DNA of 64,000 nucleotides, taken from assembly GCA_019638775.1 (NCBI GenBank), contig JAHBTD010000005.1, positions 3,345 through 67,344 of the forward strand, in the 5' to 3' direction. Shown here in pieces: positions 42,774 to 51,889 of the stretch; position 1 is the first letter of the stretch, and the number at the start of each line of letters is the position of its first letter. The position numbers were made by a program, and so were the translations under genes. The notes beneath the pieces were generated by a model. The model worked only from the letters and a program-made list of their open reading frames with translations. It did no database searches and was not told the DNA's origin. The stretch is from Fimbriimonadaceae bacterium. Its GTDB lineage: Bacteria > Armatimonadota > Fimbriimonadia > Fimbriimonadales > Fimbriimonadaceae.

Positions 42774-43637
42774 ATGTTGTTTAAGGTACGCGTACGTGCA
42801 TTTGCTTTGGCGCTTGTGGGCATCGCCTCTCTTGCAACCCCGAGGCTAGCCGCTTCCCAGGTCTCTAACGGAAGCTTTGAGGTTGGGGGCGGGAGTTTTT
42901 CGAGTTGGGGCACGATAGGGAATGCACAGATTCAAGGAAACTCGCTTGGCTCTGGTCCGACGGATGGCCTGTGGCAAGCTCTGCTTGCAACGGCAACCGA
43001 CGGCACGGTCAACTCCAATGTAGTCCCTGGAATTGGCGTAGGGCCAGGGGCGCTTGAACCGTTTCTGGGAGTCAATGCGGGAACGCTTTTGGGGGTCGGG
43101 AACGGGACACCCCTGCTTGGGTCAGGAATGACGCAGACCATCGGAATGATCGGCGGGCAGAGCCTTTTCTTCGATTGGAATTTCCTGACGAACCAGACCT
43201 TCAACGATGGAACCAACAACTCCATCGCGCCGAGCACTGTCAACAACGACTTCGCATTTATGACGATTCTTCCCGTCGGGGATCCTGGATCGGCGCAAAT
43301 CTTCGTTCTTGCTGACACCTTCTTCGGCTATGTGAACAATCCGGGCGCGCCCGGCGGGTTTGAGACTGGATTCACGATCACGGCGGCGACCAACCCGTTC
43401 ATCTCCGAAACCGGCTTCCAGAACTTTATGTGGACGGCACAGACGAGTGGGCAGTATCTACTCGGGATCGGAGTTGTTCATGTCACAACCGGGCCGGACA
43501 ACGGGGTGAACTCTGGCCTGCTCATAGACAATGTTCAGCTTGATGCCGTGCCTGAGCCATCGAGTATTGCGGCTCTGAGCTTGTTGGGTCTCGGCCTCCT
43601 GCGCAGGCGTGTGCGCAAGGTGAAGGACAAGGCATGA
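42774..43637 (+). CDS. Secreted PEP-CTERM-anchored protein (jelly-roll/lectin-like ectodomain)
   Basis: Signal peptide. N-terminal NGSFE...W motif. C-terminal VPEPSSIAALSLLGLGLLRRRVRK is a PEP-CTERM sorting signal. SD GAGGGAG precedes ATG 42774. Confidence 0.85.
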   Translation: MLFKVRVRAFALALVGIASLATPRLAASQVSNGSFEVGGGSFSSWGTIGNAQIQGNSLGSGPTDGLWQALLATATDGTVNSNVVPGIGVGPGALEPFLGVNAGTLLGVGNGTPLLGSGMTQTIGMIGGQSLFFDWNFLTNQTFNDGTNNSIAPSTVNNDFAFMTILPVGDPGSAQIFVLADTFFGYVNNPGAPGGFETGFTITAATNPFISETGFQNFMWTAQTSGQYLLGIGVVHVTTGPDNGVNSGLLIDNVQLDAVPEPSSIAALSLLGLGLLRRRVRKVKDKA

Positions 43638-43951
43638 ACGCTGACCGCCTCAGGCTGGAGACAGCCACGGCAGAGGACTTCTCATCTCTGATTGGGCAGG
43701 AGTTTGCTCTGGCGCTTGAGGAGGGTGAACAGCCAGTCGCGTCTTTGAAGCTTACGGAATCGACGGCAACCCAGTACACCTCCCCGAACGGACGGACTGG
43801 GTTTGTCCTTTGCTTCGAGGGGCCGCCTGACGTCTATTTGGAGCAGCACATCTATTGGCTCAGCAACTCTGTGACCGGTGATCTGGGCATCTTTTTGGTG
43901 CCGATCAGTGAGGATGAGAGTTGTCGGCGGTATCAGGCGGTCTTCAACTGA
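43634..43951 (+). CDS. Small cytoplasmic protein (DUF6916-like), partner of the tail-collar genes
   Basis: ATGA overlap with the PEP-CTERM gene stop. 105 aa ending ...IFLVPISEDESCRRYQAVFN. The DUF6916 assignment is from memory of the family pattern, not a search. Confidence 0.65.
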   Translation: MNADRLRLETATAEDFSSLIGQEFALALEEGEQPVASLKLTESTATQYTSPNGRTGFVLCFEGPPDVYLEQHIYWLSNSVTGDLGIFLVPISEDESCRRYQAVFN

Positions 43952-43984
43952 AGAATGACGATTTAGGATGATTGAGGGAAACTT

Positions 43985-44506
43985 ATGGCAGAACCGTTCA
44001 TTGGTGAAATCAAGCTTGTGCCCTATAACTTCGCCCCGCGAGGGTGGGCCTTCTGCAATGGGACACTGATCTCTATTGCTCAGAACACCGCGCTTTTTGC
44101 GTTGCTTGGGACGATGTATGGTGGCAACGGGCAGACGAATTTTGCCCTTCCCGACCTGCGTGGCAGGGGGGCGATCTCATCGGGGCAAGGGCCAGGCCTG
44201 AGCAACTATAGCCAAGGAGAGACCGGAGGCGCCGAGAACGTCACCTTGACGACAGCAGCAATGCCAGCTCACGGACACTCAGCACAAGCTTCGTCGGCAT
44301 TTGGCACACAGGGCGACCCGGCAGGAGCCCTTCCGGCTAAGTCACCACTTGCGCTTGGCTATGCCTATCGCTCGGGCGCAGGGGGCACGATGCCGAGTGA
44401 TGCCGTTAGCAGCGTAGGCGGAGGACAACCGCATACGAATCATCAACCCTATCTGGTTCTTAACTACGTCATTGCGATGGTGGGGATATTTCCGCCGCGT
44501 AACTGA
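43985..44506 (+). CDS. Phage tail collar domain protein (MdpB-like), paralogue 1
   Basis: MAEPFIGEIKLVPYNFAPRGWAFCNG...NFALPDLRGR...GGGQPHTNHQPYLVLNYVIAMVGIFP. No signal peptide. Confidence 0.9.
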   Translation: MAEPFIGEIKLVPYNFAPRGWAFCNGTLISIAQNTALFALLGTMYGGNGQTNFALPDLRGRGAISSGQGPGLSNYSQGETGGAENVTLTTAAMPAHGHSAQASSAFGTQGDPAGALPAKSPLALGYAYRSGAGGTMPSDAVSSVGGGQPHTNHQPYLVLNYVIAMVGIFPPRN

Positions 44507-44527
44507 TGCAAATCGAAGGAGAATTTT

Positions 44528-45040
44528 ATGGCAGATCCTTTTATTGGTGAAATCCGACCGGTACCGTACACCTTTGCTCCTCGGAACTGGGCGTTTTGCA
44601 GCGGGCAACTCCTCCCAATCAATCAGAACCAGGCGCTCTTCTCGCTGATTGGCACGACTTACGGCGGCAACGGTCAGACCAACTTCGCCCTTCCTGACCT
44701 TCGTGGACGTGTTCCGATGAGTTCGGGAACGGGTCCTGGTCTATCCTCGAAGACTTTGGGGGAGAAGGCCGGAGTGGAGACGGTGACGCTTACGGCAAAC
44801 GAGATTCCGGCGCACAACCACCCGGCGAACGTATCCGTACAGCCTGCTGATCAGTACTCGCCAGGATTGCTTTTGCCTGCGGTTTCACCTCGGCAACTTT
44901 TTGCACCAGGGCCGACGGGCGCATTTGCCCCTGGGATGATTACGAACACTGGCGGCAACCAGGCGCACAATAATCTGCAGCCCTATCTCACGATCAGCTT
45001 TGTCATCGCTTTGACAGGGATTTTCCCGCCGTTGAACTAA
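44528..45040 (+). CDS. Phage tail collar domain protein (MdpB-like), paralogue 2
   Basis: MADPFIGEIRPVPYTFAPRNWAFCSG...NFALPDLRGR...GGNQAHNNLQPYLTISFVIALTGIFP. AAGGAG SD with a 6-nt spacer. Confidence 0.9.
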   Translation: MADPFIGEIRPVPYTFAPRNWAFCSGQLLPINQNQALFSLIGTTYGGNGQTNFALPDLRGRVPMSSGTGPGLSSKTLGEKAGVETVTLTANEIPAHNHPANVSVQPADQYSPGLLLPAVSPRQLFAPGPTGAFAPGMITNTGGNQAHNNLQPYLTISFVIALTGIFPPLN

Positions 45041-45064
45041 CGATTACTTTGGAGACAGCAACTC

Positions 45065-45592
45065 ATGGCAGAACCATTTCTTGGAGAGATTCGACTGGTG
45101 GCATTCAACTTTGCGCCACAAGGCTGGGCTACGTGTTCAGGGCAACTCTTGCCGATAGCACAGAACGACGCTTTATTCGCGCTGATCGGAACGATCTATG
45201 GCGGCAACGGGCAGACCACCTTCGCCCTTCCTGATTTTCGGGGCAGGGTCGCAGTCTCTCACGGGCAAGGTCCTGGCCTGAGTAATTATCTGCTTGGGCA
45301 AGCGTCGGGTAGCGAGGGCATCACCCTCTCTACCAACCAGATACCTACGCATAACCACACGATGGCGGTGTCGAGCAATACGGCGACGACGAGCGACCCA
45401 CGAAACGGTGTCTTTGCAAAGCCGAACGTCAACCCAAGAATGCAAAATCTGTATGGCAGCCCGGCAAATGTTGCGATGGAAGGGGACACGATTGGCGCCG
45501 CGGGTGGCAGCCAGCCTCACGAGAATCGTCAGCCCTTTTTGTCCCTGCTTTACGTGATCGCCCTCCAAGGAATCTTCCCCAGCCAGAACTAA
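45065..45592 (+). CDS. Phage tail collar domain protein (MdpB-like), paralogue 3
   Basis: MAEPFLGEIRLVAFNFAPQGWATCSG...TFALPDFRGR...GGSQPHENRQPFLSLLYVIALQGIFP. Confidence 0.9.
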   Translation: MAEPFLGEIRLVAFNFAPQGWATCSGQLLPIAQNDALFALIGTIYGGNGQTTFALPDFRGRVAVSHGQGPGLSNYLLGQASGSEGITLSTNQIPTHNHTMAVSSNTATTSDPRNGVFAKPNVNPRMQNLYGSPANVAMEGDTIGAAGGSQPHENRQPFLSLLYVIALQGIFPSQN

Positions 45593-45610
45593 CGACAGTC
45601 GGAGAGACCA

Positions 45611-46252
45611 ATGCAAGACGCTAAGAAAACACAGATACCGAGAAGGGCCTTCCTGCAAGGCGCTACTGCCGCTGTTGGAACCACTTTGTTGGGGCTTGCC
45701 CCGGCCTCCTCTCTCGCTTCAGGCCTTCAAAAAGGGGGCGGACCGCTGAGTGCGCAAAGCTCTTTTTCCATCGGCTATTGGGATGGGCAGATGTTCACCC
45801 CTGCTGGTGAATTGGCCACTGGCGATGCGACGCTTGATGTCGTGAACCTTCACCTCCGTGGCTATGGACCGAACGGGACGCTTAAAGGGATTGACGCGAA
45901 TGCGCTGGTACCGATGGGCAAGAGCGTTCAGAAAGTTCCCTTTACAGCTTGGGTTGCTGGGCCGTCGGGCTGCGAGCAGGTGAGATTCAACATGACAGTT
46001 GATGGTAATCACGGGCTCGTGTTGACTGCGCGATTTTTGGCAGGCAAGCTGGAGTCTGTAACCGACTTTTCATTCATCGCTGGAAGCGGGAGTGGGCTGA
46101 AGCTTCGAGAAGGAGTCTATGTGATCGCGAACGGGTCGATGAACTGGGGTTCGTATGCTTACGACGCCAGTAACATGGAAGCGCCGCTTACCGGGCCAGC
46201 GGGTCCTGTAGCCTCCCTTCAGTACGTCGTTCTGACTGTCTCTCGAACGTGA
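45611..46252 (+). CDS. Tat-signal secreted protein, unknown function
   Basis: Twin-arginine leader IPRRAFLQGATAAVGTTLLGLAPASSLA. 213 aa with no recognisable domain. Confidence 0.7.
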   Translation: MQDAKKTQIPRRAFLQGATAAVGTTLLGLAPASSLASGLQKGGGPLSAQSSFSIGYWDGQMFTPAGELATGDATLDVVNLHLRGYGPNGTLKGIDANALVPMGKSVQKVPFTAWVAGPSGCEQVRFNMTVDGNHGLVLTARFLAGKLESVTDFSFIAGSGSGLKLREGVYVIANGSMNWGSYAYDASNMEAPLTGPAGPVASLQYVVLTVSRT

Positions 46253-46725
46253 GCGAAACCCCCCAGATCGGTTATCGGCTTGCAACGCCGGAAGAAGATT
46301 CCTTCTTCCGGCGTCTTTTCGACATCACCCGCGCCCCCGAGTTTCAGATGTCGGGAATCGTTGGTGATCCCCTGGCGCAGCTTTTAGAATCGCAGTATCA
46401 CGCACGTCAAACGCACTACGCGGCGATGTACCCTACTGCCGAATATCGGTTGATCCTTGCCGATGGGGAACTTACGGGCGGCATGATCGTGCGGGAGATG
46501 GATGAGCATCTGCATCTCATCGATATCACGTTACTTGATGAGTGTCGTGGCCGTGGAATCGGTACCCTCGTGATGCGGGAGCTTCAAGCCACCGCTGAGA
46601 GCGCGGGCAAGGGAGTGTTGCTCCATGTGGAGCATTTCAACCCAGCGCGACGCCTCTATGACAGGCTTGGCTTTGTCGAAGTCGAGGAGATTGGGCTTTA
46701 TAAACGGATGGTTTGGAAACCCTGA
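46249..46725 (+). CDS. GNAT family N-acetyltransferase
   Basis: GTGA overlap with the upstream stop. Acetyl-CoA loop CRGRGIGTLVM and NPARRLYDRLGF. Confidence 0.85.
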   Translation: MSETPQIGYRLATPEEDSFFRRLFDITRAPEFQMSGIVGDPLAQLLESQYHARQTHYAAMYPTAEYRLILADGELTGGMIVREMDEHLHLIDITLLDECRGRGIGTLVMRELQATAESAGKGVLLHVEHFNPARRLYDRLGFVEVEEIGLYKRMVWKP

Positions 46726-46754
46726 TCGCCCGACATCTTAGGAATGCTGCGGGG

Positions 46755-48131
46755 CTATCTTGCATACTCGCAGCCCTTAAGCAGACTATCCAGGGCCGCG
46801 CGATCAAAGAGCTTTCCTCGCTGGATTACAGCGGCGATCTTTGTCGTGTTGCGGATATCTGATAGCGGGTTGGCGTCGAGGAGGACGAGGTCGCCACGCT
46901 TTCCGGAAGCAACTGTTCCAGCCTCATTTTCAAGACCGAAGTACTTTGCGGCATTAAGGGTTGCGGTGGCAATGGCGTCCGCTGGCTTCATGCCTGCTTG
47001 GACCAGCAATTCGAGCTCGTCATGCAGGCTGAATCCGGCAAAGACATAAGGGTTGAGGCAGTCGGTTCCTGCGATGATCGGTACCTTGGACTTGATCATT
47101 TCCGAGACGAACGCCAGGGTGGCTTGATACGATTTCCTCGATCTTTCCCAGTCTTCGGCGGTTCTGGATTTGAAGCGGAAATCCTTCGTCGGGTCCCACG
47201 ACGCGGCTATGAACGGGGAGACATATTTCAGACGGGGGTCCTTGCCAAAATTCGGATCGTCAAGATAGGCAACGTTGCGGAGCACGATGAGTGTGGGGCA
47301 GTGCCACATGGGGCCGGAGGCCAAGTCTTTCAGAAGCTGTTCTTGCTTTTTGGGATCGAATGAGGAAACGACTTCTGGAGAGAGCTTGACGGCAACTTTA
47401 GATGCCTCTGACAACCCTTCTGGGCAAGCATTGGCGATCTGCTTGCGCAGGTCCTCGGCCTTCGATGAGCACTCTAAAGCAACACCCATTTCGTGCTCGC
47501 TGCTCTTTTGGCCAGCGTTCATCGCCTCAATAATCCCGACGGAGTGCGGCACGTGCCCCGCGAAGGGAATCTTCTGTTCTTTGCATTCGTCGGCGATGGC
47601 AAAGAACGATTCTCGGGAGAGCAGGCTGTAAACCTTCACGAAGTCGTAGCCAGCTTTCTTGATGTTTTGTACGGCTGTGCGAGCCTGCTCAGCAATGCCC
47701 ACAGCGATCGAGCCCGGCCAGACCGGCTTGGGTCCGTCAACGATGGGGCCGCCTAAGACCATTCGGGGTGCAGTTGTTTCGCCCTTCTCAGAGCGTTGCC
47801 TCCAGGCAAGCTGGGCCGTGTTTCCGAACATCACGCGAATGCCGGTGACACCGTTTGCGGTGAAGAGGGGCAGGGTTTTCTCGTCGGCGAGGTGGACGTG
47901 CATGTCCCACAGTCCGGGCATCAGATACTTGCCTTTGCCTTCTACGACCTCGGCATTCGCCGGGACCTTCGCGCTCTCTGACGGGCCGATGCTGATGATC
48001 TTGTCGCCCTCAACAATGACCGTTTGATCGAGGATCGCCTCCGGCTTTCCCGGCTGGATAACCGCGACGTGGCGAATAGCGATCGCTTGAGGAGGCGCGA
48101 GGAATGCGCAAGCAAGCAAGGCTGCAATCAT
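46755..48131 (-). CDS. Secreted amidohydrolase-family metal-dependent hydrolase
   Basis: ATG 48131 gives signal MIAALLACAFLAPPQAIA. GLWDMHVHL metal motif. The track ORF 46755-48392 has a spurious N-extension. Confidence 0.8.
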   Translation of the reverse strand: MIAALLACAFLAPPQAIAIRHVAVIQPGKPEAILDQTVIVEGDKIISIGPSESAKVPANAEVVEGKGKYLMPGLWDMHVHLADEKTLPLFTANGVTGIRVMFGNTAQLAWRQRSEKGETTAPRMVLGGPIVDGPKPVWPGSIAVGIAEQARTAVQNIKKAGYDFVKVYSLLSRESFFAIADECKEQKIPFAGHVPHSVGIIEAMNAGQKSSEHEMGVALECSSKAEDLRKQIANACPEGLSEASKVAVKLSPEVVSSFDPKKQEQLLKDLASGPMWHCPTLIVLRNVAYLDDPNFGKDPRLKYVSPFIAASWDPTKDFRFKSRTAEDWERSRKSYQATLAFVSEMIKSKVPIIAGTDCLNPYVFAGFSLHDELELLVQAGMKPADAIATATLNAAKYFGLENEAGTVASGKRGDLVLLDANPLSDIRNTTKIAAVIQRGKLFDRAALDSLLKGCEYAR

Positions 48132-48181
48132 AAACGTATTATGCGGGCGGAAGCGTGTGTGGGTTTCGGCATTCGCTCGAT

Positions 48182-49138
48182 TTAGGTCCTGATCAGCGGG
48201 ATGCTGCGGTCTGCGATAGAACCCGACCTTCCGATGATCGCATCCGATTCGTCGGGCGGCTCCTTTGCAAACGTGCCGCTTGTCCCTTCTATCTTGAGCA
48301 TTCCTTCTGGGGTGACCTCCATAAAGCTGTAGAGGGGTTTGGTGTAGGCGTTCATGCCGCCATACCAGAAGTAGCTCGCCGAGTTTTGGCAATAGCAGGG
48401 AATGCCTTCGTGATGTTCTAACCGGTCAACATGCAGGTGTCCGAAGATGCAGGCCGCAACTGCGCCTTTGGGGTTGTCTTTGGCGGTTTTGGTGACGATG
48501 TCGAGAACTTCGACCTGTTCGGGAGGGAGCTTGCCGTCGGCGTTAGGGAATCCGAGCGGCTGATGGGAGAGCAGGATGACGGGCTCTTTGCTGGAGCGGA
48601 GTTCTTTGGCGAGCCAGTCGAGCTGTTCGGGGTCGGCCCAGTTATGGGTGGCGTTGTCGGTGAAGTAGTTGCCGTTGGCGTAGGCGTTCAGCTTGCTGTC
48701 CTTCTTGAAGTGGTTAAGGTCCAGCACCACAAACCGGTAGCCGCCGATGAGGTGCGACCCGTAGCGGCTCTTCATCCCCCAATACTTCATAGCGGCGTCC
48801 TTGTCGCACTTGTCCATGTCGTGGTTGCCAAGAACGTGAACCTTGGGGAGATCGAGGGTGTTGAAGAGGTCGACACATTCTTTGGAATTGGGCTCGGAGT
48901 AGCAAAAGTCGCCAAGTTGGAACACGGCATCCAGCCCCTTCTGCTCTTGTCTTTGCTTCGTTGCTTGAACGAAGGTACTGAGCCGTTCCATCGCATCGGG
49001 GGCGAGGCCGTGGTGAAGGTCGGTGATGACGGCGAGTTTGACGGGCTTGATCGGGCGGGAGGCTTCCATGCGCAGTGGTATCCACCGCGTCGCGGCGACG
49101 GCGGTTGTGGCGATGAGGAAGTCGCGGCGGGTCATCAA
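48182..49138 (-). CDS. Tat-signal metallophosphoesterase (paralogue-like to 33129-34001)
   Basis: MMTRRDFLIATTAVAATRW leader. DLHH, GDF, GNHD and GHLHVD motifs. Confidence 0.8.
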   Translation of the reverse strand: MMTRRDFLIATTAVAATRWIPLRMEASRPIKPVKLAVITDLHHGLAPDAMERLSTFVQATKQRQEQKGLDAVFQLGDFCYSEPNSKECVDLFNTLDLPKVHVLGNHDMDKCDKDAAMKYWGMKSRYGSHLIGGYRFVVLDLNHFKKDSKLNAYANGNYFTDNATHNWADPEQLDWLAKELRSSKEPVILLSHQPLGFPNADGKLPPEQVEVLDIVTKTAKDNPKGAVAACIFGHLHVDRLEHHEGIPCYCQNSASYFWYGGMNAYTKPLYSFMEVTPEGMLKIEGTSGTFAKEPPDESDAIIGRSGSIADRSIPLIRT

Positions 49139-49201
49139 TCTAAGTATGCACCCATCAATCGTATTCCCCGACCTTGACTTGATCGGGGTAGATGCGACCG
49201 C

Positions 49202-50242
49202 TTAGAGCCCGTTGCCGAGGGTGGGTGATTGAACCTGCTTGCGCGGGTCGATGAGTTTGATCCCATCTTGATCGTATACCCACGGTGTGTTCCAGAGCAG
49301 CTTGAGCGCGCGGCGCAGCGGCATCTCGTGGAACCTATCCGGCCAGAGCTTTGCGATCTGTCTTTCCAGCTTGCGTGCGTGGCGCGAGGGCGCTTGCGGA
49401 AAGAGATGGTGAGCCACATGCGCGCCGAAGCGGCCGTGCATTGCGTCCAGCCAGTTCAGCCATTTGGGGAGCGTTACCGAAAGGGAGCTTGCCAGGACAT
49501 CGCTTTCATCGGCGAGTGGGTTCAGGAAGTGGTTAGTGGAGATGTACGAGATCACAATGGCGTTGCCGACGAGCAGGGGCAGCACATATCCCATGAGAAG
49601 GACGGGCCAGCCGAGGAGCAGCGTTAAGCCGATCCAGAACGCCTTCGGGGCGAGAAACTGAAAAACGATGACGGCCTTTTCTTTTCGGCTGCAGGCAGAA
49701 TCTCGCAGGAAACGGATCATGACGGTGACGTTGTGCTGGGTCATCATCATGCTAAAGAATCCGAAGATCACCAGGTTGCGCGCGAGCGGCGACCGCTTAT
49801 ACAGCCATTTCAACACTGGGTTATCTCGATACTCGTCGATCATGAAAAGGCGGTCGGGGTCGAGGTGGGGATGCTGGGTGTTGCCGTGATGCTCGGCGTT
49901 GTGCCAGCGACTCCAAAGGTGCGGCCCGATGCCAAATGGCGAGAAAGCGATGGCGGTGAGAAAGTGTCGCAGTTTGCGGTTTTTGATGGCGCCGCCGTGG
50001 CAAATCTCATGCGCGATAAAGGCCAAGCACCCAAAACTGTGTCCGACGACCAGACCGAGGATTGGGGCCAGCCACCAACTGAAAAATGCCGTCATCAGCC
50101 AGAACGATACGGCGATGATGCCGATGTGGGGGATGAGCCAAAGCAGGTGCAGATTGTCAGGCTTGAGGTAGTGGGCGGGGACCTCGCCCTTCAATATTTG
50201 ACGGTAGCGAGGCATTGGCGATATCGGTTGAGTTTCTGACAT
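49202..50242 (-). CDS. Membrane fatty-acid desaturase family protein
   Basis: Histidine boxes HEICHG, HNAEHH and HVAHHLFP. ATG 50242 lies inside track ORF 49202-50521. Confidence 0.85.
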   Translation of the reverse strand: MSETQPISPMPRYRQILKGEVPAHYLKPDNLHLLWLIPHIGIIAVSFWLMTAFFSWWLAPILGLVVGHSFGCLAFIAHEICHGGAIKNRKLRHFLTAIAFSPFGIGPHLWSRWHNAEHHGNTQHPHLDPDRLFMIDEYRDNPVLKWLYKRSPLARNLVIFGFFSMMMTQHNVTVMIRFLRDSACSRKEKAVIVFQFLAPKAFWIGLTLLLGWPVLLMGYVLPLLVGNAIVISYISTNHFLNPLADESDVLASSLSVTLPKWLNWLDAMHGRFGAHVAHHLFPQAPSRHARKLERQIAKLWPDRFHEMPLRRALKLLWNTPWVYDQDGIKLIDPRKQVQSPTLGNGL

Positions 50243-50525
50243 GTCGGTAGGTAGGGAAAGCGTGTGCGAAGGAAGAGTATGGAAGGTTGAGCATGGAGCG
50301 CGCTTGCAGGATGCCAAGGCATGTTTGCGAGCGGCGAGTGAGGTTGCGGAAAAAAAGCGGTCTTGAAGCTTGCAGGTGGCGGCTTGAGGAAGGCGGTGGG
50401 GGAATGGTAGGGTAGCTCTTTCTACGCTTGGAGAGGGCGTGGTGTAACGGAGGCTGGGACTGCCGGAATGTCTCTTAGCGTCGTCGCAGTCATAGGTCCA
50501 GCAGAGCCCACGGCTAACCAATAAT

Positions 50526-50610
50526 AGTTCTTCTCGATCTGGAGGATGCGGCGGGTGCGGTGCGGCGTGGGGTCCGTTCGTAGGATGGAGAAGGCACTGT
50601 CGGTGAAGTC
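50526..50610 (-). pseudogene. Decayed duplicate of a trmO C-terminal fragment
   Basis: 85 nt matching 52075-52159 with 4 mismatches (my hand alignment). It encodes DFTDSAFSILRTDPTPHRTRRILQIEKN versus DFTDRAFSILRTDPTPHRTRRILQIEKN in TrmO. Confidence 0.7.
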
Positions 50611-50641
50611 CTCGACACTTCGTGCGACGGTCGACTGCTTA

Positions 50642-51745
50642 TTATCGTGCAGCTTGCTGCTCGCTTGTGACTCTTTGAAACTCAGCACGACGTCTATCGG
50701 CTAACTCGTTGAGTAGGCGTCGGAAATCTCGCGTCATCATTCCTATGACTTCGGGCAAATCTGCCCAGTGCGCGTTGACCACACTATGAGCTGTGTCACC
50801 GTAGGTGCCGTCCTCTTGTGGACGGTTCTGAAGTTCGTGAGTCATCCATGCTAAAGTGAAATATGCAACAAAGGCATCTTCATCATTCCCCTCGATTTTG
50901 AGGTGCTCCATCACGTAAGTTTTCTCTTCTGGCGTTAGCTGTTGCATATCGTAAATCGCAAAGCTGAGTAGATTTTGCTGACCTTGCCTTAATTGAAGTA
51001 CCGAGGCCACGATGAGTGTCTGCATATCCCATTCGGCGTCTATTTTCACTGAGTCGATCACTTGCTCTTCGCCATCTATCATCACGAGGTGCTTCTTGTT
51101 CTCATTATTCGTTATTGCGATGTTTAGTGGTCCGGGCGCCTTTCTGCGTATTCCTTTCAAATCGATCCGAGAGAGAAATTTTTCGACTTGACCACGGACA
51201 GACGTACCCATTCCAGGCACTTGCTCGTTTAGAGCAGCTTCAACGACAGGAGGCAGCCCGTAGGGAAAATCGTGAACCCTGTGGTTTGTCCCGAACCCTG
51301 GAAGACGGGTCAGCAGCTGCTCTACCTCTTTCTTAGGAAAAGGCTTCCATCGCAAATCCTCAGGAACCAGGGTAGATCGTCGTGGATGATACGGAGAGAA
51401 CCAGAGAGTGCGGCCTATTTTGCCATCGATGGAGCAAAGTTCAAAGCCATCAACGGGATAAGTACTGACATCGGATGAGCAGCTGCCCGGTCGGTGATAA
51501 AAGAAAAGCTGCCCCGTATCTGTGCGCAACCGATTCAGATAAATGATCTCTCCGACAACACCATTAGTCGGTATCGGGTTGGTAATCGAGCCAAACGGAC
51601 CGTAAGCATCCGGAAGCATGTCACAGCTTGGCAAGAGTTCGGCAGTCGCGAAGTGGGGATTTCGGTGTAAGTCTGCTTCCTGTTCTTCCCAGGGCTGATC
51701 CTTGTCCCCAACGCGCTCCTCTTGTTTCTTAAACCACTTCAGCAT
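50642..51745 (-). CDS. Hypothetical protein (orphan, lower-GC segment)
   Basis: 367-aa ORF with non-shadow amino-acid composition and no recognisable motif. A spot count in the gene gives 43% G+C (line 51061). Confidence 0.6.
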   Translation of the reverse strand: MLKWFKKQEERVGDKDQPWEEQEADLHRNPHFATAELLPSCDMLPDAYGPFGSITNPIPTNGVVGEIIYLNRLRTDTGQLFFYHRPGSCSSDVSTYPVDGFELCSIDGKIGRTLWFSPYHPRRSTLVPEDLRWKPFPKKEVEQLLTRLPGFGTNHRVHDFPYGLPPVVEAALNEQVPGMGTSVRGQVEKFLSRIDLKGIRRKAPGPLNIAITNNENKKHLVMIDGEEQVIDSVKIDAEWDMQTLIVASVLQLRQGQQNLLSFAIYDMQQLTPEEKTYVMEHLKIEGNDEDAFVAYFTLAWMTHELQNRPQEDGTYGDTAHSVVNAHWADLPEVIGMMTRDFRRLLNELADRRRAEFQRVTSEQQAAR

Positions 51746-51889
51746 TGTCTTGGCCTTTGCTGAATTTTACACAACTAGTTTGGGAAGTAGCCTTGAAAAT
51801 GTTTTAGGTGCAGTTTTTTGGATTGAGATAGGAAACTCAGAATCGAGTTACGCGAGCCGACTGATCTGAAGCAAAGAGGTGTGTTGTAT

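Noticed and set aside
43985-45592. Prophage or tailocin remnant, suggested by three 'phage tail collar' genes
   Set aside because: No other phage-type genes (capsid, terminase, portal, sheath, baseplate, integrase, lysis) occur within the window. Composition matches the host, and the genes sit in an operon with PEP-CTERM, Tat and GNAT genes.
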